From positions 1,280,001 through 1,344,000 of the forward strand of contig CAWCKJ010000004.1 in assembly GCA_963796105.1 (NCBI GenBank): a stretch of DNA of 64,000 nucleotides, written 5' to 3'. Numbering within the stretch: the stretch's first letter is position 1; every line of letters starts with the position of its first letter. The notes below the pieces were generated by a model. It had not been told where the DNA came from. It worked only from the letters and a program-made list of their open reading frames with translations, and ran no database searches. Source of the DNA: a candidate division FCPU426 bacterium. GTDB taxonomy: Bacteria > Oederibacteriota > Muellerivitia > Muellerivitales > Muellerivitaceae. Made by a program: the position numbers and the translations under genes. This document shows, piece after piece, positions 31,456 to 41,787 of this stretch.

Positions 31456-32925
31456 ATGAAAAAGAAATTCCGGATTTTTATAACAAGTGGTTTCGCGTTT
31501 TTATTGTCTCTTTGGAGTGTTTCTAGTTGCCTGGGCCAGGGTTTGGAGGGCGGTTGGCAGGGCTCCCTGGACGTGGGATTGGTGAAATTCCGGGCGGCCT
31601 TGGTCATCCAAAGGAATGACCAGGGGCAATACCAGGGATTTTTCAACAATATCGACGATGGCATTTACGAGAACCCGTTGCTCAAAGTCTCGGTTAAGGG
31701 AAACAAGTTCCGCGGAGAACTCGCGACCGGCGAGGTTTTGGATCTGGGTTTGAATTCCTCCGGCAACCGCTTGGAGGGAACTTACAAGCAGGCAGGCGGT
31801 TCCTTCCAGAAACCAGGCAAAATATCGCAGTTGTCCTTGAAGCGGGGGATGGACTACTTGGTTCCGCGCCTTGGGGCGGATGGAAAACCCGTGGGTCGCT
31901 ACCGGTACAAGGTGCCAAAAGACTTCCCGGATGGATGGGACTCCGGTGATCTCAGGGATTTTGGCGCGGATATAAAGCCAATCGAGATTGGCATCCAAAA
32001 AATCCTAGACGGCACTTTCCCGCGTATCCATAGCCTGACTTTGGTCCGGCACGGCAAACTTGTCTTGGATGAGTATTTCTTCGGATATGGCCCAGATGAC
32101 ATTCATCCAGTCCAATCCATCACTAAGTCTGTTTTCTCCCTTCTTTTCGGCATGGCCCTGGAGCGGGGCTGGGTGAAGCCTGAGGACAAACTCTATGATT
32201 TTTTTCCCGCATACCGGGAAAAGCCGGGATGGAACCAGGCAAAGGAGAGCATCACCTTATGGCACCTGCTTACCATGACCTCGGGCCTGGGTTGCGACGA
32301 TTGGAAGGATTCCAAAAGCTGTTCCTGGGCCATGGTGGATTCGCCCGATTGGACGGACTTCATCCTTTCCAAGCCTCTCTCGAATGAGCCGGGGAAAAAA
32401 TTCGCCTATTGCGGTGCCTGCCTGACGCCCCTTTCATCCCTGCTGGCCCGGAAAAGCGGAATGAGTGTCCCTGAATTCGCCCGGAAAAACCTTTTAGAAA
32501 CCCTTCAAATCCACGGGGCTTCGTGGGTGACAGGCCCCAAGGCTGTCACTCCTGTTTCCTTCGGGTTGGCTCTGAAACCCCGGGATCTGGCCAAAATCGG
32601 GTTATTGGTTTTGAATAAGGGGAAGTGGAACGGCCGGCAGATCGTTTCGGAAAAATGGGTCGAGGAAGCCACATCCACCCATGTTGCCAAGGACCAAACC
32701 AATGGCAAGGCCGGTTACGGCTATCTCTGGTGGGAAAGCAGTGTCCGTATAAAGGGAAAAGACCACAGGATGGTTTACGCCTGGGGCGTCGGGGGGCAAT
32801 ATTTATGGGTGGTGCCGGACCTGGACCTGGTTTGCGTTGCCACGGGAGGGAATTACAAGAGCGGCAAATTGGGAGCGAACGCCTTGAGGCTGTTCCAGGA
32901 CTATATCCTGAAGGCGTTTAAGTAG
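31456..32925 (+). CDS. Serine hydrolase, beta-lactamase class C-like family
   Basis: SITK catalytic motif, LLTMTSG, FAY, YGYLWW, GVGGQY. Confidence 0.9.
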   Translation: MKKKFRIFITSGFAFLLSLWSVSSCLGQGLEGGWQGSLDVGLVKFRAALVIQRNDQGQYQGFFNNIDDGIYENPLLKVSVKGNKFRGELATGEVLDLGLNSSGNRLEGTYKQAGGSFQKPGKISQLSLKRGMDYLVPRLGADGKPVGRYRYKVPKDFPDGWDSGDLRDFGADIKPIEIGIQKILDGTFPRIHSLTLVRHGKLVLDEYFFGYGPDDIHPVQSITKSVFSLLFGMALERGWVKPEDKLYDFFPAYREKPGWNQAKESITLWHLLTMTSGLGCDDWKDSKSCSWAMVDSPDWTDFILSKPLSNEPGKKFAYCGACLTPLSSLLARKSGMSVPEFARKNLLETLQIHGASWVTGPKAVTPVSFGLALKPRDLAKIGLLVLNKGKWNGRQIVSEKWVEEATSTHVAKDQTNGKAGYGYLWWESSVRIKGKDHRMVYAWGVGGQYLWVVPDLDLVCVATGGNYKSGKLGANALRLFQDYILKAFK

Positions 32926-33187
32926 AAATTCTTACTAGCTGTCATTGTGCCGATCATCCATAAAGATAAAATGGAGATCGGTACCAGCCTCAACATCGGA
33001 CTAATGGATGGCCGGCATAAGTTCATTTAGTCTCCGAGTTTTAATGATTGAACGCTCGTGCGCTGATCCGCCTCACCCGCCTCGCGGGTAAAAAAAAAAA
33101 CACACTTATAAAAAGCCATAAAGCCTTTAGAATAAACGCTGGTTCCTTCCCTTTAACGGGTGCCGTGAATCAGCGGCCGATAATAGT

Positions 33188-36100
33188 TTGAAAAAAGGTT
33201 TTTATATGGTTCGGCTATCCCGAATTTCCTCGGACTCCCTCCGCCTGTTTTGTTTCGCTTTTTGCGTTGCCGCCCTTTTTTCGCCGGCCGTATCCCTTGC
33301 CGGCCCGCCCCGGGGGGTGGCGGGGGACCTTTGGGCGGACAAAATTCTCGGCCAATTCGATTTCAGCCAGATCCACGACAACGAGGTCGACGCCAAGAAC
33401 CTCAACAGCCCTACCAGCTCTTACGTGGATATCCTTCATAACATTCTTTACCTGTGGGACGCTGGCAACAACCGCCTCCTGGCCGTCCAAAACCTGAACA
33501 AAGCCTCGACCGGCCAGGGCGCGGACCTGGTCCTGGGACAACCTGATTTTGTACACGCGGGCTGCAACCGCGACTCGGGATGGCAGACCTTCGACTGGCG
33601 GACTTCCCCCAACGGTTTCTATAGCCCGCCCATCCTGCCAAGCGCCGCCTGCCTCTGCAGCCAGTTCTACATGAGCCAATCCCCAGGGGAGAATTCTAGC
33701 CAGGCCAACATGGCCTCCGACGCCCAGGGCAACCTCTACGTGCCCGATTACTACAACAACCGCGTACTTCGTTACAACTACCCCATCACCACCGAGGAAC
33801 CGGCCTCCTACGTTTGGGGACAGCTCGACTCGACCGGCACTCCGCGGTTCGATTTCCAGGCCTATAACAACAACGGCGCGAACGCCGCCGGGGGGCCCAC
33901 CAGCCTGAACCTGGGCTTTTTCAATAATCCCTACAGCGATGAACCCGCCAGCGCTGCCGCCGCAGGCGTTGCCATCGACGCCTGGGGCAACCTCTGGGTC
34001 ACGGACACCATGAACAACCGCGTCCTTCGTTTTCCCAACACCAGCTATCCCGCCGCCGGGGTTCCCTCGACCACGGCTGACGTGGTGCTGGGCCAGGCGA
34101 ATTTCACCTCCGACGTGCCCAACAACAATGTCTCCTCGCTCACCACCATCAACACGCCCAAGGCCGTCCGCGTGGACGTTTCGGGCAACGTGTACGTCTG
34201 CGAGCAGACGACCTACGGCCGAATTTCCTTCTTCACGCCCACCGGGTACACCGGCGCCGGCATGCCAATCTACGCTTTGACGTCGCCCTCCTACGAGTAT
34301 TCGGCCAGTTCCTCCAGCCAGCCCGACGGAATCGAGATCGACCCCACCCTCAACACCTCCACCCAGGTGGGGTTCTGGGTGATCGACCACGACCCGTACA
34401 ACAATTCGCTGGCCTACCACTACGAGGTGACCTGGCCTACATTCAGCATCACCACCCTGCAGACCCTTCACGTTCCGGAAGCCTTCTACGCGGGCGGGGT
34501 CGGCCCGACGGGGGATCTTTACCTGGCCAGTTACCGGGGCATGAGCCTGGAGCATTACCCCGCCGGGTCCTCCTCCCCGGATTCGCTGCAGGTCTTCGAG
34601 GCGCCGACTGGTTCGGCCGGCACCGCGAACCGCATCGGCGACTCGGGTTTGTACGGCGTGAGCAACGTCGTGCTGGCCTCGGCCCCAGGGTCGGGCGTCA
34701 CCCAGCTCATCGGGCCGGGCGGCATCGGCATCCATTTTTGGAATTTGCCGGCCAACGGCCCGGCCGGTTTTACCAACGGCCAGGTGGAGGACGGCTACGC
34801 CGGCACCAGCCAGCCCTACGTCTTCACTTCCACCGGGGGCTACGCGGACCAGTTGGCGGTGGACTCGTCCAATCAATACATTTGGTGCCTCGACGCTTTC
34901 CAGTACCCCTGGGGCCCCATGAGGGTCGACGCCTTCAGCCTGCCCCTTCCCCCGCCCACCTCCCCCGAGGTGAATCCGGCCTATAGGCTCCCATCGTTCC
35001 TTCCGGTCCTGGGAGGGTTCGCCCCAGTAAGCTGGACTAGGTTGACGGGAGTGGCGTCCGACGGCGCCGGAAACCTTTGGATCACCGATGAAATCTCCTC
35101 GAGAGTCATGAGGGTCCGGGACCCGATGGGCAAGGCGGGAGTGGGGCCCATCGTGGACGTCATCCTGGGCCAGCCTAATTCCACCGGCTCGAATTGCAAT
35201 GGAAACGGGCAATGGAACGGGAACGGAACCGTTCCCCCCGGTGCCTGCACCCTTATTGGCGGAGGCGGGAGCGCCGCCACCGGGGAAAGCTCCAATACCT
35301 TTTTTACCCCCAGTTGGCTCCAATTCGACCACCACGGCGATCTCTTTGTCTCCGACCATTACCTGGAAAACGTGGGCAACTACCGGCTGTTGAGGTTTGA
35401 CGCCAAGAGCCTTCCCGTCGGCAACGCGGCCTGCAGTTTTGCAATCCCGGCCGACGGGGTTTACGGCACGGGGGGGAGTTTTACCGTTCCCGGATCGAGT
35501 CCCTACAATAACGCCTATTGGGAGTGCGCCTTCAACTCGGATGACAGCGTCATGGTGGCGGGAACCGACAGCCAGTGGAGCGGGGGTTATCCCCCGGTGA
35601 TCATCCAAAATCCCAGGAACGGAATCATGCCAGCCGGTACGCCCGACATCCCGGGGTTGGGGGACAACTTGGCGGGGCACCTCAACGATTACGCCCCCCA
35701 GTCCTACGGCGTGGCTTTTGACGCGCAAGACAACCTCTACACGATTAACGGCAACCGGGGCGCCATCCTGGTTTATTACAAGCCATTCACCACTTACACG
35801 CCCACCCCCACGCCCACGATCACCCAAACGCCCGCCCCCACCGTGACCGGGACCCTGTCCCCCTCCCTGACACCCACGGTCTCTTCGACTTTCACCCCGA
35901 CCCCCACACCCACCCCCGCCTGCGGCGGCTGTTTGTCGCCGCAAGTGACCTACGGGTCGGGAACGCCGGGGTCAGGGAACGGCCAGCTGAACGGCAACTG
36001 CCAATTGGCCCTGGGAACGACCAACGGCACCGAGTGCGTTTATATCGCGGACATCAACAATAGCCGCGTCGACCAGTTCTACGCCGCCAGCGGGGCCTTC

Positions 36101-38473
36101 ATGGCCAGCTTCAACGGGGTGGACGCGGTCAGGAACCCCAACGGCTTGAGCTCTCCCTACGGGGTGGCCTTGAGCGGCGACGGGCGCTACCTGTTCGCGG
36201 CCAGCACCAACGGCGGCGAAGTGGTCAAGATGGACCTGAACAACAACGGCGCGGTCTCGGCGGTCATCGCGACCAGCCAGCCCTTATACCTCACCGTGGA
36301 CACGGCCGGGAACGGCGACCTCTACGTCGGCAACGGCACCGTCATCACCCGCTATCACGAGCAAACCCCCAACCAGTACGTGACCGTGGGATATTTGGGC
36401 ACGGCTGGCTCGCAAGGGTCGGGATCCAGCCAGTTTTTCGGATGCCTGGGGGTATGGGTCCAGAACGCCGGGAGCACGGTATATGTGGCGGACAGCCGAA
36501 ACGACCGGATCATGGAATGGACGTCCTCCAACGGCGGGGCTTCATACTCTTACGCCGCCACCGTCTATGCCGGCAACCTCAGTCCCGAACAGCTTGCCCC
36601 GGACCCCTCGAATCCCAACAGGGTTTATATGGCCACGACCTATAACGGGTACGCGATCCTGGATATGTCCACCTCGCCGATTTGGTCGGTGGTGTACCTG
36701 TGCGACCCGGAGGGCCAAAGCTACGTGACCGGCATCGGGGTGGATACGGCGTCGGTTTATTTTTCCTTGAACTACCTCGCCAAGGGGGATTCCTTCCCCA
36801 AGCCCTACACCTATTGCCTGACGCCCATTCCCGTTTCGACGGTGACCGCGACCCCCACGGCGACAGGGCCGACCGCTACGCCGACCCCCAGCCCGACCTC
36901 CCTCGCGGTGCTCTCCTGCGGCTCCAGCGGCCAATGGGCGGTTTCCGAGCCCTCGGGGCTCGCCTTGGACCCCTCCGGGAATATCTACCTGGTGGATGAT
37001 TCCACAAACCTCATCGACGTTTATTACCCGAACGGGACGCTGGATACCCATATCGGCGCCGGCCGTTTGACCGCCCCGTCGGCGGTGGCGGTGGACGGAA
37101 ACGGCGTGGTTTACGTCACGGACGAGACCTCCAGCGTCTACACCTCGGGCTCGGCCCAGTACCAGGTGGATGTGTTCAACAGCCTGGCCGGGACGAACCC
37201 CGGCGCCTTTTCCACCAGTTGGGGGACGGCCGCCAGCGGCACCGGGTTGTCGGTGGCGCCTGTGGGGATCGCGGTGAATTCGGCGGGAACCAGCGTCTAC
37301 GTGGCGGACCAGAACCTGAATCAAATCGAGGTTTACAACGGGATCGGGACGCTCCTCAACCATTGGGGAAGTTCGGGAGGGGATGGAAACGGAACGTTCG
37401 GCTATCCGGTGGGGGCGGCCTTGGACGCCTCAGGGAACGTCTATGTGGCGGATTGGTATACGAACCTGGTGCAGGTCTTCTCGCCCCAGGGCACGTGGCT
37501 CCGGCAGTGGGACGTGACCGCTGGGACCGGGCTCTTGGCGGCCCAATTCATTTCGGTTTACCAAAACTGCCTGGTTTACGTGACCGACGGTTTCGGGGAA
37601 GTGGGGGTCTTCGACACCAACGGCAACGCCTTGGGAACAGTGGTCCAAGGAGGGGGCGGGGAATTCATCGACACGGAGGGGGTTGCCGTCGCCTCCGCCG
37701 GGAACTGGTATGTCGCCGACTTGGGCGGGGAATTCGTCAGCGATTTTAACCCCTGCCCCGTGACCCAATGCCCCGCGGTTGATCCGACACCCACTCCTAC
37801 CCAGGCCCCTTCTCCCAGCGCCACCCCAACTCCAACAGCCACGGCTACCCCTACTCTTACGCCTACCCTGACGTCCACACCCAGCCCAACCTTAACGCCC
37901 ACGAATACGCCGACTCCGTCGGCTACGCTCACCGCTAGCGCGACAGCCTCCCAGACCCCAACAGAATCATTAACACTAACTGGGACGCCTACCACGACGC
38001 CAACGCCGACCCCCACGAACACGTCCACACCGACTGTGACGGCCTCGAATACGCCTACGGCCACACCCACCGTCACTTCGACTCAAACCCCGACTTTTAC
38101 CTTAACTCCTTCTTTTACTTGGATTCCCACGATAACGCTTACGCCGACAATCCCATGGACGGCGACTAGCACTCCAGCTTCGGCGAACGTGGTGATCGGC
38201 TTGCCTTATCCCAACCCCGTTTGGGACTCGGGGCCTGTTTCCTTTAACGTCCAGGGTCCCCCAGGCACCGTCTTCACTTGTGACGTATTCACCACGGCGT
38301 TCCGGAAGATTGCGGGCTCCACACAGATGGTATCCGGGTACGATACGCTCCACTGGGATTTGAAGGATATGGACGGCGCCCCCGTGGCCGACGGGCTTTA
38401 TTACCTCCGGGTGAAGGCTGTAGCGGGCGGATCCACGACGGTAAAAATCCTAAAGGTCCTGGTTTTCCGCTAA
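33188..38473 (+). CDS. Large secreted NHL beta-propeller protein with Thr/Pro stalks and FlgD-like C-terminal domain
   Basis: 1761 aa; ADLVLGQPDF and NNRVL repeats; three TP tracts; PYPNP...WDLKD...GLYYLRV terminus. Confidence 0.88.
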   Translation: MKKGFYMVRLSRISSDSLRLFCFAFCVAALFSPAVSLAGPPRGVAGDLWADKILGQFDFSQIHDNEVDAKNLNSPTSSYVDILHNILYLWDAGNNRLLAVQNLNKASTGQGADLVLGQPDFVHAGCNRDSGWQTFDWRTSPNGFYSPPILPSAACLCSQFYMSQSPGENSSQANMASDAQGNLYVPDYYNNRVLRYNYPITTEEPASYVWGQLDSTGTPRFDFQAYNNNGANAAGGPTSLNLGFFNNPYSDEPASAAAAGVAIDAWGNLWVTDTMNNRVLRFPNTSYPAAGVPSTTADVVLGQANFTSDVPNNNVSSLTTINTPKAVRVDVSGNVYVCEQTTYGRISFFTPTGYTGAGMPIYALTSPSYEYSASSSSQPDGIEIDPTLNTSTQVGFWVIDHDPYNNSLAYHYEVTWPTFSITTLQTLHVPEAFYAGGVGPTGDLYLASYRGMSLEHYPAGSSSPDSLQVFEAPTGSAGTANRIGDSGLYGVSNVVLASAPGSGVTQLIGPGGIGIHFWNLPANGPAGFTNGQVEDGYAGTSQPYVFTSTGGYADQLAVDSSNQYIWCLDAFQYPWGPMRVDAFSLPLPPPTSPEVNPAYRLPSFLPVLGGFAPVSWTRLTGVASDGAGNLWITDEISSRVMRVRDPMGKAGVGPIVDVILGQPNSTGSNCNGNGQWNGNGTVPPGACTLIGGGGSAATGESSNTFFTPSWLQFDHHGDLFVSDHYLENVGNYRLLRFDAKSLPVGNAACSFAIPADGVYGTGGSFTVPGSSPYNNAYWECAFNSDDSVMVAGTDSQWSGGYPPVIIQNPRNGIMPAGTPDIPGLGDNLAGHLNDYAPQSYGVAFDAQDNLYTINGNRGAILVYYKPFTTYTPTPTPTITQTPAPTVTGTLSPSLTPTVSSTFTPTPTPTPACGGCLSPQVTYGSGTPGSGNGQLNGNCQLALGTTNGTECVYIADINNSRVDQFYAASGAFMASFNGVDAVRNPNGLSSPYGVALSGDGRYLFAASTNGGEVVKMDLNNNGAVSAVIATSQPLYLTVDTAGNGDLYVGNGTVITRYHEQTPNQYVTVGYLGTAGSQGSGSSQFFGCLGVWVQNAGSTVYVADSRNDRIMEWTSSNGGASYSYAATVYAGNLSPEQLAPDPSNPNRVYMATTYNGYAILDMSTSPIWSVVYLCDPEGQSYVTGIGVDTASVYFSLNYLAKGDSFPKPYTYCLTPIPVSTVTATPTATGPTATPTPSPTSLAVLSCGSSGQWAVSEPSGLALDPSGNIYLVDDSTNLIDVYYPNGTLDTHIGAGRLTAPSAVAVDGNGVVYVTDETSSVYTSGSAQYQVDVFNSLAGTNPGAFSTSWGTAASGTGLSVAPVGIAVNSAGTSVYVADQNLNQIEVYNGIGTLLNHWGSSGGDGNGTFGYPVGAALDASGNVYVADWYTNLVQVFSPQGTWLRQWDVTAGTGLLAAQFISVYQNCLVYVTDGFGEVGVFDTNGNALGTVVQGGGGEFIDTEGVAVASAGNWYVADLGGEFVSDFNPCPVTQCPAVDPTPTPTQAPSPSATPTPTATATPTLTPTLTSTPSPTLTPTNTPTPSATLTASATASQTPTESLTLTGTPTTTPTPTPTNTSTPTVTASNTPTATPTVTSTQTPTFTLTPSFTWIPTITLTPTIPWTATSTPASANVVIGLPYPNPVWDSGPVSFNVQGPPGTVFTCDVFTTAFRKIAGSTQMVSGYDTLHWDLKDMDGAPVADGLYYLRVKAVAGGSTTVKILKVLVFR

Positions 38474-38772
38474 ACCCAGATCAGATGGCACGACGGTATT
38501 TAGCGGGTTGGAACAATCACCCTGAAGCGGCACAATCCCCGAAAAAGGCCTGATTACTTAGTTTAGGAAAACGGTGCCCTAATCCTGAACTCCCAATTGT
38601 GGATAATTCGAGAGCCTCAATACAGGCTCTGCCGATACCACCAACTGGAGCCTGCGGTGAGGACATTCGGCTGAGCCACCCACACCGTCAAAGAACTCCA
38701 TAAAAAGTGCCATCCAAGGGAGATGGAAGCGAGTTAGAAGTTGTTTCACGGGGTTTACAATAATTGGCTTAA

Positions 38773-39855
38773 ATGTTTACAACTTATTTTATAAGGTTTA
38801 CAATCTTATCCATGGACCACAGCCCGCATAAAACACGAAGAATGGAAATACGCCAATTCATTGTCGCGAAGGTGCGCGAAAACGCGGCTCACTTGACGGA
38901 AACGGTCAAAAACAATTTTAAAATCAGCCGGCAAGCGGCATTCAAACACGTAAACACCTTAGTGAAAGAAGGCTACCTGAACGCTAAGGGTAAGACTAAT
39001 AACCGTACTTATGAGCTGGGCGCGAAAAGATTTTTACGCTTTAAGACGCTTATCGATTCTTCGGCGAGTGAGGACCTGATATGGTCGAAGAATTGTTCGC
39101 CTCTTTTTCAAGGACTCAAAAACAATGTCCTTCATATTTGCGAATATGGAGTAACTGAAATGATTAATAACGCCATAGATCATTCGGAAGGCAAACACCT
39201 GGAAGTTATTGTTGAAATCAGTCCAAAGGAAATATTGATCCGGGTTAATGACGATGGAATCGGGATATTTAATAAAATACAAAGGGAACTGAAGCTGCCG
39301 GACCCAAAACTCTCGATACTCGAACTGGCAAAAGGGAAATATACGACTGATCCTAAAAGGCACTCGGGTGAAGGCGTGTTTTTTACCTCGAAAATATTCG
39401 ATTATTTTATGATCCAATCAGAGGGGTTGGTTTTTTCGCATGGGATAAATATAAAGTTTGACGCCTTATTGAACGTTGAAGACGCGGGAAAAAACGGAAC
39501 CCATGTCACTATGGTCCTGGACCCGCTCACGAGAAGGACCACCAAAGCGGTTTTTGATGAATTTACCGATAAAAACCTTACATTTGATAAAACGATTGTG
39601 CCTGTTGAATTGGCGAAATTCGAGGAGGGAAATTTGGTATCACGGTCCCAAGGAAAAAGACTTGTGGCTAGGTTCGAAAAATTTAAAAATGTGATACTCG
39701 ATTTTAAAAATGTTAATACCATTGGCAGGCCGTTTGCTGACGAGGTTTTTAGGGTGTTCCCAAGCGAGCATAAAAATACCCATTTGATGCCCGTAAACGC
39801 CAATAAAGGGATTTTGGATACGATAAAGTCCATGCAAAGTGGAAATGCCATTTAA
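38773..39855 (+). CDS. wHTH + HATPase + STAS-like (DUF4325) protein
   Basis: ISRQAAFKHV HTH, EMINNAIDHS, DDGIGIF, HSGEGVFF, LVSRSQGK..LDFKNV..FADEVF. Confidence 0.85.
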   Translation: MFTTYFIRFTILSMDHSPHKTRRMEIRQFIVAKVRENAAHLTETVKNNFKISRQAAFKHVNTLVKEGYLNAKGKTNNRTYELGAKRFLRFKTLIDSSASEDLIWSKNCSPLFQGLKNNVLHICEYGVTEMINNAIDHSEGKHLEVIVEISPKEILIRVNDDGIGIFNKIQRELKLPDPKLSILELAKGKYTTDPKRHSGEGVFFTSKIFDYFMIQSEGLVFSHGINIKFDALLNVEDAGKNGTHVTMVLDPLTRRTTKAVFDEFTDKNLTFDKTIVPVELAKFEEGNLVSRSQGKRLVARFEKFKNVILDFKNVNTIGRPFADEVFRVFPSEHKNTHLMPVNANKGILDTIKSMQSGNAI

Positions 39856-39979
39856 AGGCTTGTTGTTAAGCTGATAATCACACCTAAATTCAGAATTCAA
39901 AACTCAAAATTTAACATTTGTTTTCAGGATGTCCTCAGGTTCCAAGCCTGTCTCCCGAAGCTTAATGCGTAGGGAGGGC

Positions 39980-40483
39980 AAGTTCCGGAGTTCTGGGCCT
40001 GTTCTCGGGTTCCCGCCTAGTTCCCGGGTTCCGGGGTTCCGGGCTAGTTCTCGGGTTCCCGGCCAGTTCCTGTCACACAATAACCCAGTTCCAGAAGCGC
40101 CAACCCAGTTCCCGGCACCCGGTAACCCACTCCAGGGCGCTAACCCAGTTCCCGGCACCCGGTAACCCAGTTCCGGGAGCACCAACCCAATTCCCTAGAC
40201 TCGGTAACCCAGTTCCGGAAGCGCCAACCCAGTTCCCGGGTTCCGGGGTTCTATGGTCATGAGGACGGCGCCTATGAACATTTTGGGGTCCTCTATGGTC
40301 ATGAGGCCGGGGTCCTATGAACATGGCCGATTCTCCTATGATCATGGGGCCGGAGTCCTATGAACATGGCCGGACCTCCTATGGTCATTTTGCCGAGTCC
40401 TATGAACATGGCGGGTTTTTAGGCTGGCCGCCTATGGTCATGGCACGATTGGCACAATCCAGGATCGCCGTTGGCACAATAAC
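39980..40483. repeat. Tandem-repeat array, left part (GTTCCCGG, AACCCAGTTCC, CTATG(A/G)(A/T)CAT and TGGCACAAT blocks)
   Basis: AACCCAGTTCC units every 18-22 bp at 40081-40236; CTATG units every 21-22 bp at 40251-40410. Confidence 0.85.
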
Positions 40484-40512
40484 TGGTGTGCGCCCCAAAC
40501 CTTGGACAGTTT

Positions 40513-41349
40513 TTACTCCAAGTTGAGAATAGGTTTTCCGGCGATTGGTTTGAGTGACTTTAAAGCCTCGAACTCCTCAGGCGGCATGTAGCCGATAGAA
40601 GAATGCAACCGTTTTTTGTTATACACCTCCTCGATGAAGTATGGAAGTCTTTGAAGCACTTCCTGATAAGTTTCGTAATTGAATAGATGCACCTCCTCAT
40701 ATTTCAAGGTTTTGAAAAAGGATTCCGCATTTGCATTGTCGTAAGGGTTGCCTGTCCTGGACATGCTGATCCTTAATCCTTTGGACTCAAGCAGGGCCAC
40801 GTAATCCCAGCAGGCATATTGCACCCCTCTGTCTGAATGGTGGATGCATCCCGGAAGAGGATTCCTTTCCTCTAAAGCCATGCGTAAAGCCGAAAGCGAC
40901 AACTCCCGATCCAGTCTCTTGGAAACCGCCCACCCGATCACCTTTCTGGAAAAACGATCCAGAATGGCCGCCAGATAAACAAAGCAAGTGAGGATTCGGA
41001 TATAGGTAATATCCGCCACCCACACTTGATTGACAGCAGTTTCTGCCACCCTTTCCAAGAGGTTGGGGAACACCGGCAGGTCGTGATTGGATTGGGTGGT
41101 TTGGATCTTGAACCTTTTCCCCCAAATAATAGGGTAAAGACCGTATTTCCTTACCACCCGCCGAATCCGTTTGGCGTTAATCCTTAATCCCTCCCGTAAA
41201 AAGTGGTGGTAGAGCCTCCGATAGCCGTAGTAGGGGAAGGTCAATCTCACCTGCTCGATTCGGTTCTTTAAGTCCAAATCTCTTTGTTCCTGAATCTCCG
41301 GTTCACTTTTAAGTGCAGAATAATAGGTACTTCGAGGAAGCCCCATCAT
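40513..41349 (-). CDS. IS3 family transposase OrfB (DDE, rve)
   Basis: YGYRR, WVADITYI, HHSDRGVQY, DNANAESFFKTLK, RLHSSIGY. Confidence 0.95.
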   Translation of the reverse strand: MMGLPRSTYYSALKSEPEIQEQRDLDLKNRIEQVRLTFPYYGYRRLYHHFLREGLRINAKRIRRVVRKYGLYPIIWGKRFKIQTTQSNHDLPVFPNLLERVAETAVNQVWVADITYIRILTCFVYLAAILDRFSRKVIGWAVSKRLDRELSLSALRMALEERNPLPGCIHHSDRGVQYACWDYVALLESKGLRISMSRTGNPYDNANAESFFKTLKYEEVHLFNYETYQEVLQRLPYFIEEVYNKKRLHSSIGYMPPEEFEALKSLKPIAGKPILNLE

Positions 41350-41693
41350 TTGGCATCCTCTTGAAATTGAGCCAAATTCCTTGAGGTGATCACGGAGGTA
41401 TCGAGCTTTCTCTGGTTTTCCGCGTATTTTTGGAATTTTTTTAAAAGGTCTATCGCCATGATCAATTCCCCAATCTTGGCTTTGAGTTTCTCATTCTCTT
41501 TTTCCAATATTTTTTCGTGAAGGGAAGGTTTTTCAACCAAGGTTCCTTGGCGATATTTATCGCGCCAACGGGTTATAACGCTTGGATTGAGCTGGTATTG
41601 ACGAGCAGCTTCATTGAGCGATAGGCCAGTTTCTACCTCGTGGACGACTTGTTCTTTGAAATCAATACTGAACTTCCGTCTTATTTTACCCAT
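41346..41693 (-). CDS. IS3 family transposase OrfA (HTH)
   Basis: RRKFSIDFK..AARQYQLNPSVITRW, leucine zipper; ATGA overlap with orfB. Confidence 0.92.
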   Translation of the reverse strand: MGKIRRKFSIDFKEQVVHEVETGLSLNEAARQYQLNPSVITRWRDKYRQGTLVEKPSLHEKILEKENEKLKAKIGELIMAIDLLKKFQKYAENQRKLDTSVITSRNLAQFQEDAK

Positions 41694-41787
41694 TTGGAAA
41701 TGCTCCTTTGGGGGGTTACCCCTTGAGCCGTTTCCCTATTCTCTATTTTTTGCTTCAACTGTCCAACTTGTAGGGCGCGTTCCAAAC

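Larger units (their letters stand above)
40484..41784 (-). mobile_element. IS3 family insertion sequence (1301 bp)
   Basis: Imperfect 27-bp IRs TGGTGTGCGCCCCAAACCTTGGACAGT / TGGAACGCGCCCTACAAGTTGGACAGT; TG..CA ends; 3-bp TSD AAC (40481-40483, 41785-41787). Confidence 0.93.

Noticed and set aside
33052..33180. Riboswitch upstream of the large NHL gene
   Set aside because: Some pairing potential and an A-run, but no recognisable aptamer consensus
33215..35944. 909-aa antisense ORF (and similar ones at 511-1818, 13021-13722 and 62848-63627)
   Set aside because: Shadow frames of GC-rich genes on the opposite strand; no motifs
39904..40526. Short ORFs across the repeat blocks (also 41755-42025 and 42267-42608)
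   Set aside because: They are translations of tandem repeats whose periods are often not multiples of 3; no RBS or family signal
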